Source: Halocafeteria seosinensis
Taxonomy: Eukaryota
Direction of reading: 5' to 3'
Assembly: GCA_001687465.1 (NCBI GenBank)
Contig: LVLI01000364.1
Coordinates: 1 to 64,000 of the forward strand
DNA: 64,000 nucleotides
Shown: positions 1-11,500 of the stretch, piece by piece
Layout: every line of letters starts with the position of its first letter
How positions within the stretch are numbered: the stretch's first letter is position 1
Notes under the pieces: model-generated
Databases searched by the model: none
What the model was told of the DNA's origin: nothing
What the model saw: the letters and a program-made list of their open reading frames with translations, nothing else
Made by a program: the position numbers and the translations under genes

Positions 1-49
1 ACGTATGATCAACTTGGAGGACTTCCGGCACGACCAAAACGAGGCATGA

Positions 50-1225
50 CGGAAAGCCGCCATCCACGATACCACTTGCCTCCCTCGGTAGGAACATCAA
101 CGCAGCAAGCACGTTNAAGAAGACCCAGAAAAAAGCCACAACTCATTGCTGGATCACTCTCCCCATGCCCACCCCTCCTCGTTTCGGTAAAACAACGACC
201 GTGATCAAAGTTAAGGACGTCATACCATCCTGCCCCTCAACCTTCTGCCATCCATTAGTAACAAAAACACTTCCTCCGCACCTATTCCCCTCACTCTCAC
301 ACCCCTTAATGTTCTATAGTTCCATTTTTCGGCTCTATCAAGGCTACCACGGTCTCCATTTTCCCTAATTTCCCTCCTCCGTGTTTACTTGTAGCACAGC
401 TGCTTTAACCCCTTCCTCAAATTCGAGCAATACGAACGAAGAAACAACAGAGCAACAAGGGTTCACCGTGAAGTCGACGGGAAGATTTCTGATGGTACAC
501 CTTGCCCTTTATGCACTATCGTATCACCTTGCAACGACATATCATTATTGCCGCGTAATTTGGCTACATCAGAACACCCCGTTCCATCCCTTCTCATGCT
601 TATTATTGCTTCTCTTCTTCGTCTACACCATACATTTTCCAATTCAACATACCTTGTGTCTCCTCACGTTGGCGCTTTCGCCCCGTTCCCTCTGCACGAA
701 AGAATTTAAACACAAATAATCACCCACGCTAGTGACTCCTCAAGGCCATCTACCGAAAAAGGGTCAGAAAATAAACCTTTGAAACGGCAAACAAGGATTC
801 GTACGAAAACCATCATCATCAGCAGCAAGAAAGCAATTACTAATAAAACAGTGTCCTTCATTGCTGTTGCCTTCCACGATGCCACCTGCTCCCTCGGTCG
901 CAATATCCACACAGCAAGCACGACTAAGAAGACCCAGTAACAAGCTACAACTCCGTGCTGGCTCACTATTTCCATCCCCTCTTACATTTCCTCGTTTCCC
1001 GCTCGCAACACGTAAGGAAGACTCGAAGAAGGGCCTCGACGTACCACCAAGACGAGGCCGCCATCCACGATACCACCTGGTTCCCTCGGTAGCAACTTCC
1101 ACGCCAAGAGCACGTTTGACAAGAACCAGAGAAAAAGACGCAACTCATTGCTGGATCACCCTCTCCATGCCCCCTGGTTTTGGGAAAACAACGACCCGAT
1201 CAACTTCAAGGACGTCGTCCACCAA
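50..1225. repeat. Three diverged copies of a ~170-190 bp unit (~55-225, ~870-1055, ~1058-1225)
   Basis: Colinear shared blocks CCACGATRCCAC..TCCCTCGGT..GCACG..AAGA and CAACTC..TGCTGG.TCAC; copies 1 and 3 also share AAAACAACGACC..GATCAA..AAGGACGTC. Indels between copies break any common frame. Confidence 0.75.
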
Positions 1226-1361
1226 AAAAGGTCGGGGTACAACAAAATCGGAGGGACAAAAAAGGTAAGTGTGTAGGGCTTGAGCCCCTTGTCCCCCTCA
1301 GAAACCAAAAAAGGAGGGTGTATGACGGCAAACAGAAAGGTACGTCTCATTCCATACAACT

Positions 1362-1870
1362 TCACTTACCTTGCTGTTGGCCCCAAAAATGCAGTTCATC
1401 CACCACTTTATCGAGAATTAACTCTGCATCTATGCCTTGCTCCAGCGAAGGGACCAACCCCGTTAGCTCCTCAGCTGGAGTCATATATCTTCTGTCTTGA
1501 AGGGCTCTCCCTTGCTTTCTGTCAGCAAGCCATTTCTTCCATTGCTCCTCGTTCATTTGACCGGCGTTACCCTTTATTCGTGCAGCCTTTTTCTTGACAT
1601 ACTGTAATGCATTCAGCAAGCTTGCACCGTTCACCGCAGGTGCTAGCTCTTCCCACACAGTGGACAAATCGGGACCAGGCGTTTCCTCGGTCTCTTCCAG
1701 AACTGTTGGGTTGATTTCTTCACTCATATTCAATATCAACCATTGATGCGCAGTGTAGTGCGTATCCTCAAGGACAGATCCAACAAGTGTTACTTCGAAG
1801 TGTTTCCTCTACATTTCTTGCCTCTTGTACTGTTGGTTTGCTGCAATCGTAACACACTCTAACAATGATG
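1362..1870 (-). pseudogene. Degenerate protein-coding fragment of unknown family
   Basis: The 125-aa ORF 1362-1739 reads like a helical protein; the same frame continues upstream (LECVTIAANQQYKRQEM*RKHFEVTLVGSVLEDTHYTAHQW) through one in-frame TAG. Confidence 0.35.
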
Positions 1871-2940
1871 GAGAATTCTTTATAAGCTTCCTTTCTGCTT
1901 AGAAAACATGCAACATTGCCGACATCAGGCATACAACACGATAGAACTCATATACTGGTTTGTGAGCCAGAGACCGACAAGTGGGTGGTGTGTAGGGGGG
2001 CCGCACCAGGGAACGGCAGTTGGGGGTTCCGGCTGGGGGGGGATGTCAAAGCTTGTAAGGGTTCTTGCAAGCCAGCCAGGTTAGGGCAACTTGGGCAAGC
2101 CACGCAATTTCCACAGACTAACACACCAAAATAGCAAAAAAAAGTGACAAGAAGAACGATGCAGGACGATATCTTTCGAGGAAGACCACCTCTGGGTCCA
2201 CAGCACGCCGAGAAAGGGTCCGACCTGACGGTCGGACCGAACCGATTCGAGATGGCTCGTGCAAGGCAGGAAACCCTATCTCCTACTGTTCGGAATGTGC
2301 GAAATTCGCAGGATATAAGTGAAAAACCAAACTATAGTCCCTCTTAAAAAAAACGCTTCACCTAAGTATTTTCAGCAAAATAAATGAACTCCCTGGCAGA
2401 CTTCGTTTCTGACAAGTGCTGCTGCTCCAAGTCATGCCAGACTCAATGTCATCCTCGGACAAGGTCGATAGTATGGCTACAAGTTACTACCCACACTCAC
2501 GGTACCATTCAGGAGTAATTGTTCGCTCGATTGGCAATGAATTTGCAATGAACAGGGGCATGCCAGAGTGGATCTCTTAGGGGACACGAGTTGTGGACGT
2601 TGACCGGGTCGACGAAGACTCTCGAACGAAGGAGTGTAGGTCGAAACTCCACGTAATCAACTCCTGTATCCTCCTCAAAACTACTTGACCGATACAGAAG
2701 AATATATATTCAACACTTGAGCCGAGCGACTCTACCCTTCCAGTTGGGGGAAGAACTACATGTATGGCGGAGACTCTGGGGGGGTCTCGTCCGTGTGAAC
2801 CACTCGAAGCCGGGGCTGATGATGTCACCATCCTCGACCTATTCGGTTGTTCTCACAGGATTGCCTTGTGGTTAACCTATCCCATCAATCAAGGTATCTC
2901 ATTGGGTCACCAGTTTTAGTATATGTTACGTTTGCTGGCC

Positions 2941-5257
2941 CTAACTACTCCGCTCCACAAATTTTGATCTAATTGTGGCGTACTGTACGTTCACATCCAC
3001 TTGTCCCTGACCTCCCCAAAGTGTATTGAGACGGGGGCGAGACCTTTTACCCAATCCGCCGTCAAATGTTACCGCGGGGCTTCCATGGCCTTCCGGCTCA
3101 ACGTAAACCACCACGTATCCCGAAACTCTAAGTCCCTCCACTTGCTCCATTGTTTGAATAGCATCTTCCAAATGCTCAGTTTTCCCACCGTGCGTTTCTC
3201 CAAGTGTAACCTGCAAAAATATCACTCTCATATCGCCATCCGTCTCAGTGCGTTCTAGCAATACAAGGTCGAAGGTGCCTTGGTTCCATTTAGAGGGCAC
3301 CCATAGCACGTTTGTATCCTCTAACGGTAGAACTGCGACAAGATCTTGTATCGGACCGCTAACGATACGGAGCGACATCCATGTCTTCAGTCCTGGAGAA
3401 ATGCGAATCTGTGGGGATAAATTGGTTGTAGGCAAAAACTCTAAAGAGAGCTCCTCCTTCTTTTTCGCCGACCCAATCACCTCGTGTTCAAACACCCAGC
3501 CATTGAACGTCGGGTTGTTCATCCTACGGGCCGTTAGTGCCAGTTGTTGCATAAGTTGCCCGGCATCTCGCCTAATCAACTTCTGCAATACTTCATCACT
3601 GACGAAATTGTACCCGATGGGTCGGCCGGTACTCAGATTGGCTGGTGCCGAGTCCGGATGTAGCTCTGCTTTAAGCAAATGCGTGACAGCTGGCCGGTGG
3701 GCTATCTGTCACATTTGTGTGTGTGCTGTACTTGTATTCGGACCCATGTTCAAGCCCAAAAGCTTGGGGTAGTCATCAACTTTGTAAAGATACCTGTCAA
3801 TATCTTCAGTCACTTCTTGGTGAGAAAACGCAAAGAACCACCTGGCAGAACCACCGGCAAGCTCGTATTTCTTGTAAATCGCATTACGTATTTCCTCGCA
3901 AGTGTCAGTTTCCGCACCAGAGATATTCGTTGAAGTATCGACAATGCAATCGCGATGTTTCTTGTATAGGGAGCTTCCACGGTTTCTTATGATACAAGCC
4001 TCCAAGTAATCTTGCACAGTCCATGACGTCATTTCAAAGACACTCCATGGCCCTTCTTCTCTTTTGGGTAAGTCTCTCTTACCAGAGGACACGCAGATTA
4101 CTGTGCGTTCTGTACCTTTCTCCCGCCAGCGGTTTGCCGCTGGACAGATCCTTGTATCCCCACACTCGTTAAGACCATCCAAAATGATTGTCTCGATAGT
4201 GGGGTTAAATTCGAGGCTACGAAAAAGTTGCACCAGGGCATCTATTCCGTCGGGCTCAACAACGGCGTACTCCACTCTAGCATTCTTCGTAGACCCGGAG
4301 GCTTCCGCTTTAGTCACAAACACAACCACTGGGTCAAATTGCTTTCGAAAGTGAATCCATTGGTATCCTGGTTGTCCTTGACGCTTTCGCGTTGATATCC
4401 GGTTGAGTGTCGTACCCCACACAGTGGTAGATTTGCCAGAGCCTGGAACTCCCATGACAATTAGCCATCCACCCGCCTTAAATCCATCTTCAACGAATTT
4501 GACTAGACGTGTCACTTCTTCGCGTAGGTAAAACGGTTCTGTTGGCGCAAATGAACTACCAAACGCTATATCCAAAGAGCTCATATCATACATACGTTTC
4601 CCGCTTAAGGATTGACATTTCACGGTTCGGATCACACGTTGAGTAACAAGACTTGAAGGATCCCCTGTACAAAAGCAATAATATAATACAAAAGTAACGC
4701 CTGCATTCAATGTCTACTTACCTGAAGCAGCCGAACTTGAAGCTGCAGGCACCAACGAGAAAAATTGTTCGCGAACCTCGTCACTTATCCCCTCTACTGC
4801 ACTTCTCGAAAGATGTAATATGCGTAGACATTCTTTCTGGCTACGGCATGAGCCTACGTACAAAACCATTTGAACTCGTCTCTTGATAGGACGCGCTTAC
4901 GGCCTTGCGATGAACCTGCATACATCCCTTCTTTTGCGGCAATAGAATTTTAAAGGCCTGCAAGCAGGAGAACATTCGGAACGACATACCTTTGTTAACT
5001 GAAGCTGATTCTACACCTGCACTCGAAACAAGTTTACCACGCCTATGGAAATCGCTAGAATATGATCTGTACTTACCTGCTCCGCCACTAGAGCTTGAAG
5101 CTGCACCAACTCCTGTAATCAAAGAATAAAAGAATACAAGTGCTACTCCCCAAGTTTCCAAGTGTTTACCTACCTGCAAACAATTCATGTACCGCGCCAC
5201 AATGAATAGCCACGGAAATCAAGTCTTCATCTAAACACGCAGGTACTTACCACTCAT
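2941..5257 (-). CDS. Crinkler (CRN)/RHS-type protein: P-loop NTPase plus C-terminal PD-(D/E)xK restriction-endonuclease-like domain; multi-exon
   Basis: Walker A GVPGSGKST, Walker B IILDG, KYELAGGSARWFF, GWVFEHEV, PSKWNQGTFDLV and IFLQVTLGETH match the CR-NTPase+REase architecture. Inferred exons: 5251-5257, 5077-5112, 4990-5016, 4862-4915, 4722-4796, 3732-4664, 2941-3689. An in-frame TGA at 3709-3711 needs a 42-nt intron or indicates a pseudogene. Confidence 0.8.
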
Positions 5258-5360
5258 GTATCTCCTGCTGACTTCAAATGCAATGGCTCCCAAGTCGTCG
5301 GCTAATTCCGTTTGGCAACGTTCTGGTTTTTAGCATTGACAAGCGTTTACCATNTCTCAC

Positions 5361-5550
5361 TGCTATTTGTCAACTCTATCTTCTGTTTTTGTATGGTTAC
5401 ACTTTCTTCTTGACAACACTTTACTTTCTTGCATTGACACCCTTGCAATCTCCCACAATGCTGTTTGTCAACTTTAACTTCTGTACATGACAGCTTACGG
5501 TTACTTCTTGACAACGCTTTGTTTTTATGCTAATTACCCATGCAATGTTT
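5361..5550. repeat. ~98-bp diverged tandem duplication (two copies)
   Basis: TGCTRTTTGTCAACTYTAWCTTCTGT at 5361 and 5459; CTTCTTGACAACRCTTT at ~5406 and ~5504; CCCWTGCAAT at ~5440 and ~5537. Confidence 0.75.
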
Positions 5551-6225
5551 CAATGGTGTTTGGTGGGCTTGGGCTTAGCTACAAAGCATTTCGTTAAGGT
5601 GTGCCATCCATAGACATTGTACTCTACTAGGGCAGCGTGATGTGGAATGTGGCGGGTTATAAGAGTAATGCACGTAGTCTCCTTTGGGACTACCGGTACG
5701 GTGTTGGGGTGACCTTCCATGTCCAATAGGACAATGCCGAAACCAACTTCTGTCCGTTTGAAGCGAACACCATATCTCGGACGGAACGGAGAGAGTCTGA
5801 GGGAAGAACTGTCGGAGAAACGGGCGGTTGGCCCTATGGAATATCGGCTCATAGCTACATGCAGCGGTACCAAGGAAAGGATGAATAAAATCAACACCAT
5901 GTACTTGAAAGTACTGCAATTGTTCGCCTTGCCGAGGATGCGGGAAGCCAACGTTACAACGCTACTACTGGAATACGGAGATGCCCTGAGGAGAAAACGA
6001 ACAGCGTGGGACATTGCCGTACGATGTAGCATGTAGACTAGATTTCGCAAGCAATACTAATACATACATGGAGCACTGTTATGGAATTTCGCTTGTATGC
6101 CGGAACGGGAAGTGTACAACTGTGTGTTGGATTGTGTCGCCCAACGCACCCAACGGGTTTAGACGGATACCGTCGCTGCTTAGCACGGGCGATAAGAGAT
6201 TGCGGTCAACTTGTTGGTTTATCTC

Positions 6226-6775
6226 CACGTTTGTGGCGCATCAACGTGACACACAGTTTGGCCGTCATCAGCTGTCGAAAGTTCCGCATCTTCCTCATTC
6301 ACCAGCGAGAGCCCAGTGCTCTCTTGGCAATTTTCTTCAAGAATTTGATCACGTCCTCCCCCAAGCCGCCCGTCACCTGTATCACCAACGGGATAGTGTC
6401 CGTGTGGTGATCCCTCAGATGTCCGTATTTCATCTTCTCCAATCTGCCGCGATGGCGAGGGGTTTTCCTGCTCACTGTCACATCGACATCGACTGTGCTC
6501 GTAGGGGCTTGCCCATGGCTGCCCTCGCTTCTCCTTCGTTTCGCGGGTTTGCGAACAACTCTCTCTCCACTGGCATTTGACCCATGTGGAAGTGGGTACA
6601 CTGCCCATCTGACCCACTGACCGATTGTCATACAAGCTCCAAGTCAAACTGCACGATTCACACAAAACTCAAGAGTAAAATGGGTGGTTTGCTTCTCCAT
6701 GGAACTACCCCACGAGTCGAATGACCATCGGAAGACAGGAATGCCTGATTGTGATGTGCTCGCGTGTGCCAAGAA
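6226..6775 (-). mobile_element. Non-LTR retroelement relic, RLE endonuclease region, copy A (degenerate)
   Basis: Encodes VDVDVTV...EKMKYGHLRDHHTDTIPLVIQVTGGLGEDVIKFLKKIAKR; DNA colinear with 7570-8245; internal stop and deletions. Confidence 0.75.
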
Positions 6776-7011
6776 GTTATACAGAAAGCAGTAAGTACTA
6801 CACAACCACTGAGTGCGGCCATAGATTCATTGGCTCCTTGGAAAACGCGAGAATCTTCTGCATATTGCAGTGATCTATCGGTAGTGCTACGCAGGATGCA
6901 CATTATTTGTCTGGATGAAACGTCATAAGGTATGCACATGCTAGGAATCTGAACATATTGCTCTTGTTTGGTTCTTGGACTTCGTTGTTGAAACCTTTTA
7001 CTCTGGTTTAT

Positions 7012-7226
7012 TCTTGTTACTTGGTACCTGCCAGTAGTCAGCCGCAACTCCTAATGGTCAAATCTCACTACCTTGGTGTTGGTTAAGGAGGATTAATAAG
7101 CTTTCGTACGAGGGGTCTACAAACCGTGCGTGGTGAGTTAAGACAACTTCTCGCATGGGTAACGCTACGAAGAATTGGAAAGAAATCGTAGAAGAGAAAA
7201 AAATGTAACAACAAAAATAAACCCAG
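7012..7226. repeat. Dispersed ~220-bp repeat, copy 1 (partner at 56958-57197)
   Basis: Exact 19-mer TTGTTACTTGGTACCTGCC plus colinear blocks CGAGGG..CTA, ACGAAGAA and GAGAAAA.AATGTAACA..AAAA..AACCC. Confidence 0.7.
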
Positions 7227-7237
7227 TAGAAACTACG

Positions 7238-7525
7238 ATGCGCCACAACGTGACAGACAGTTTGGCCGTCATCAGCTGTCGAAAGTTCCGCATTTCCCTC
7301 GTTCCCCAGCGAGAGCCCGGTGCTCTCCTGGCAATTTTCTTTAGGAACTTGATTGCGTCTTCCCCGAAGCCGCCCGTCGCCTGTATCACGAACGGATTAG
7401 TTTCCGTGTGATGATCCCTCAGATGTCCGTATTCATCTTCTTCGATCTGCCGCGATGGAGAGGTTTCCCTGCTGTCCTGGCTAATCTGACTCCTGTGTGG
7501 ATTTGGCACTGTCGCATCGACATAA
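7238..7525 (-). mobile_element. RLE endonuclease relic, copy B (truncated)
   Basis: YGHLRDHHTETNPFVIQATGGFGEDAIKFLKKIARRAPGSRW..MRNFRQLMTAKLSVTL, closely similar to copy C. Confidence 0.75.
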
Positions 7526-7569
7526 ACTGTGTTCCTGGGCCTTTTGTGACCAGGCGCATTACGTAATAT

Positions 7570-8245
7570 TGCAGACGTGTATGCTACAGGCTACGCTATG
7601 CCGTGTGAGGGGTGAACCCTACCTGGAACCGGTCCAACATCTTCACGTTGTGCCGCATCAACGTGACAGACAGTTTGGCCGTCATCAGCTTGGGGAAGTT
7701 CTGCATTTCCCTTGTTAACCAGCGGGAGCCCGGTGCTTTCCTGGCAATTCTCTTGAGGAACTTGATCGCGTCTTCCCCGAAGCCGCCCGTCGCCTCTATC
7801 GCGAACGGAATCATATCCGTGTGGTGGTCCCGCAGATGCCCGTATTTTGTCCGCTTCATCTTCTCCGCTTCTGCCGCGATGGTGAGGGGTCTTCCCACTG
7901 CCCCGGCTGGTCTGTCTCCCGTGAACGGGTTTGGCACCGTCACATCGACGTACAGTGTGCTCGTTGGGCCCTTTGCTACGAGGTCCATTACCGGCCTTGC
8001 CTCTCCTTCTAATTACTGGCCTCGTTTCTTCGTTTCGCGGGTCTACGAGCACCTCTCTCTCCGCTGGCACTTGACTCATGCGGAAGTGACTGTCATACGC
8101 TCCAAGTCAAACTGCACGATTCACACCAAACTGAAACAGTAAAATGTGTGGTTACCAAGAGTCGGATGACCAACGAGAGACAGGGATGCCATCGACAAAG
8201 ATGAGCGCGGCGTGATTGTGATGTGCTCGTGTGTGCCGAGACGTT
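7570..8245 (-). mobile_element. RLE endonuclease relic, copy C (best preserved; CRE/SLACS/R2-type non-LTR 3' end)
   Basis: ORF 7596-7988: (RPV)MDLVAKGPTSTLYVDVTVPNP...AAEAEKMKRTKYGHL...IPFAIEATGGFGEDAIKFL fits the RLE pattern D..x..DVtV...K..KY...PfaiE..G. The upstream segment (EREVLVDP) is frameshifted. No reverse transcriptase is seen. Confidence 0.8.
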
Positions 8246-8551
8246 GACGAGAACTTCGTGAACATCTTCCGAATCTCTGAGCGCTCTAAAACCCAATCAG
8301 TGCAAGCCAGATAAACGCTACTTCCTGGATACATCTCGAGGGAGTCATAATAGACGGCGACATAGCAGTCGTTGTCAGTGAAGTCTCGAATGAAAGCACC
8401 TATATGTTTCGAGTAAAGTACAAGAGATAAAACTAAATGCATCCCCTGGAGCAGCTCGCATCACACAAACCCGCACAATGTTATGCAGATAGGATAGGGA
8501 TGGTTTACTGCCGTCGTTGTGTTGTAAATGTAATGATACAGTAGCAATAAA

Positions 8552-11500
8552 ATGAATACGGACGACGATCCCAAGCGTCATGGGCGAGAAGACGGGGGTC
8601 GTCGCTCCCACGACCTTCCAGACTTGGGGGACCAAATGGAGGCCAAAGAGGAGGAATTTCATTCCTCTGCTAATGCACCTTCCTCTCACGCATCTGCCGG
8701 TACAGATGTGGATAATAATGATAGCGGCGCAGCTGCAGCGGCAAGTGGGGCAAATGACAAGGCACGAGGGAAGGAGCGAGCAGGCAGTGGAATTTGGCCT
8801 TTCTCAAAGCAAGAGGGCGGCGGAGGTCTATTTTCGACGAAACCAGGGTTTTTCGGGCGCTTTAAGCGTAATAAACGCGATTCCATCAAGAAAAAATCCA
8901 AGAAAAAAGGAGATGACGAAACGGGACTGACGGCGGATGAGGACTTCATTTTCAGGTCCAAATCTCAACCTATCCGGAAACGAGGAGATCAATTTTTTAC
9001 GGAACAATCTTCTAGGGAGCCCCGGTCCAAACGGAATGAACGTGATACTGCTTATGCTGGGACTTCCAGCTCATCCGCAAAACCTAGAGAAGCGCCGGCG
9101 GGCGACACGCAGGCTGCTGGAACAGAGAACGGAACCCAAGCGCTATCTCCCACTAGGTCTGTAACATTGAATGGGGACCAGGTAGGTCACCAATATGCTG
9201 CTTCCGAAACAACAGCAAGGAATATAGATGCGGATAACACTGGGGATGAAGCTGTCAAAGGAGGAGGCGCAGCAAGTGTCAACTCGAGCGAGGACAACCT
9301 CAGCAGGTCTCAGTCATTTTTTAATTACCATGCCCTTCCATTTTCTCCTAATTTTGGTGGGGATCTGAGTGGATGGATGCTCCATGTCAGACGAAGACAT
9401 TTGTTTGGAGTGACGACGCGATGGTTTATACTATCCACCCGTAACCGGTGTTTGTATAAGGCAAACTCTCCTTTGGACACACCTGTTGCGTTTGCCCGCA
9501 TCGACCGGGCGATCATCTCTATGTGCTCGGTCGGAAGCAGGGAATGCATATCCATTGAGTCTAAGCATTTCGGTGAGGAGAGTGGGCGCACTAAACGAAG
9601 GTTTCTCACTAGCGACTCGAGCATTCAGTTAAAGACATGGTTCAATGCTCTTGAACGCGTAGCCTCTCAATACGCCAGTACATCTCCGAGGCATAGCCCA
9701 CATAACACGACTGCAAATGCTGCTGCTCCTGTCACCAGACCACCGCTAATGCTGGGGGATAGTTATGATACGAATTCGTACGAATATAAGGTAGTGAAGC
9801 AAGGACTCACTTCATTTTTGTCTCGGGTATTGTTCTCTTTACTACACTCTGGACGAGATGTTATGGAAACTCACCCGTATATGAAACAAATCCAGACCGC
9901 AAGGCGACTTGTTCAGCTGCGGGATGCGAAATGGTACCATCAAAATTACCAGGAAATGTTGCGAACTTTTATGGACTTAGAAAACGAAGTGGAAGAAGAA
10001 GGAGGGTCCGCCGGGTATTACGGTGAGAATGGGTTGTCATCGCATGGTGCGAAACTGGTGTCGCTCGCACAAACATATGCACGCCGAATGCCTTCAAATT
10101 TAATCCAGGAAACCCTCATTGACTCGTCAGCTACTCAGGACGAAGTTGATGCGGTTCACAGGATGGAGCGAATGCTAGGAACTCTCTACTCGGAAGCTTA
10201 TACCACGGATTCGTATGATGTTGTGGGGAGGCTGGCTCAAATATTGAAAGCAGTTGATGTAGATACGCTTCTCAAAGGAAGCTACCATTTTGCCCATATT
10301 GGTGATCAGGAATTGGGAACGGATTCGATTACGTCTCCTAACAATGTTGTAAAGAAGCGAGATATTCAAAACGAGGCAGCATTAGATCAGCCAGCGGTGA
10401 AAGAAGCTGCTCAGTATGCTCCTCTAGAGCATCAACGGCGTCTACGTGGGGACACAAGCCTCGCGGACTCCGAGTCTCAGAGCGATGAGTCCGATAACAT
10501 CGAATCTTCCTCCTCCAGTGAGAGCGACGAAGAGGGCAACAATATAGAAGAGCTCAGAGAAAGTGACGAGCAATCTGACGACTCCGAAGAAGAGGAGACA
10601 CCTCCAGGAAGTCGTTGCAGATATCGTGGTGAGACTCAAGGGAACCAGTCAGGAACATCCATCGATACGGAACGTGGATACTCGGACACTGATAACCGAG
10701 TCGCCAGTTTACCACCGACTTTCAAGTGCATGCATAATATCGATGTATTTGCGTCGCCGAATGTAATGCTGCTTTTTGGACATATCCACCACCACAGCAG
10801 TAAGACGGGATCAGTTGGAACCGGAGCCCATATGACACACACACACGGGGGCAGAAGAGCTGGTATCAGCCAACAACGGTCGAAATTTCGTGCAATGCTT
10901 TTAGATCGCCGCAATGACAATCCATCCTCGTTAGACTCAATTGTGCTTTGGGCAAATGAGTCCGTTCTACTGATCGTTGAAGAAAAAGAATTGCTCGTTA
11001 ACCTCATAAAGCAAGGGAAAGAGGCTGATGCACTCCAAGCGTTGCGCACTATTGAATGCGAGTATAAGACGAGAGACCAAATTTCCTATAGTAATACTCT
11101 TGCTCCTTTCTATGACTCCGCGAACAAAGGAAGGCATGAGCGTCCGATCGTATGGGACCAACAGGACTGGATCGAGTTATCCACTCGAGGTCTCGTGGGA
11201 ACGATTTCTTTCCTGAAAGGCTATTATCTGTTGTTGATTCTCAAGAGAAAGCGAGTTGGAGTAATTGGAGCTCATCAGATATTTGGCATATCTGAATACC
11301 TGCTACTTCCGGTGATCTACTCCAACCTTGGAATTTCTAGGAGCATTTGGAGCCGCTTTCGGCAGAAGTTGTCATCTGTGTTGGGTCATGACGACTTTAC
11401 TGTCGCGGAAGGACGCTATCGAAGTCTTTTTTGTCAAGTTGATCTCGGCAAGGATTTCTATCTGTCGTATACATTCGACCTTACTCGGCATCTACAGCAA

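Noticed and set aside
2810..2860. CTGATGA as a hammerhead ribozyme core
   Set aside because: No stem II followed by GAAA could be found.
3709..3711. TGA as selenocysteine or an alternative genetic code
   Set aside because: Other genes here end in TGA, the position is not a catalytic Cys context, and an intron or pseudogene explains it more simply.
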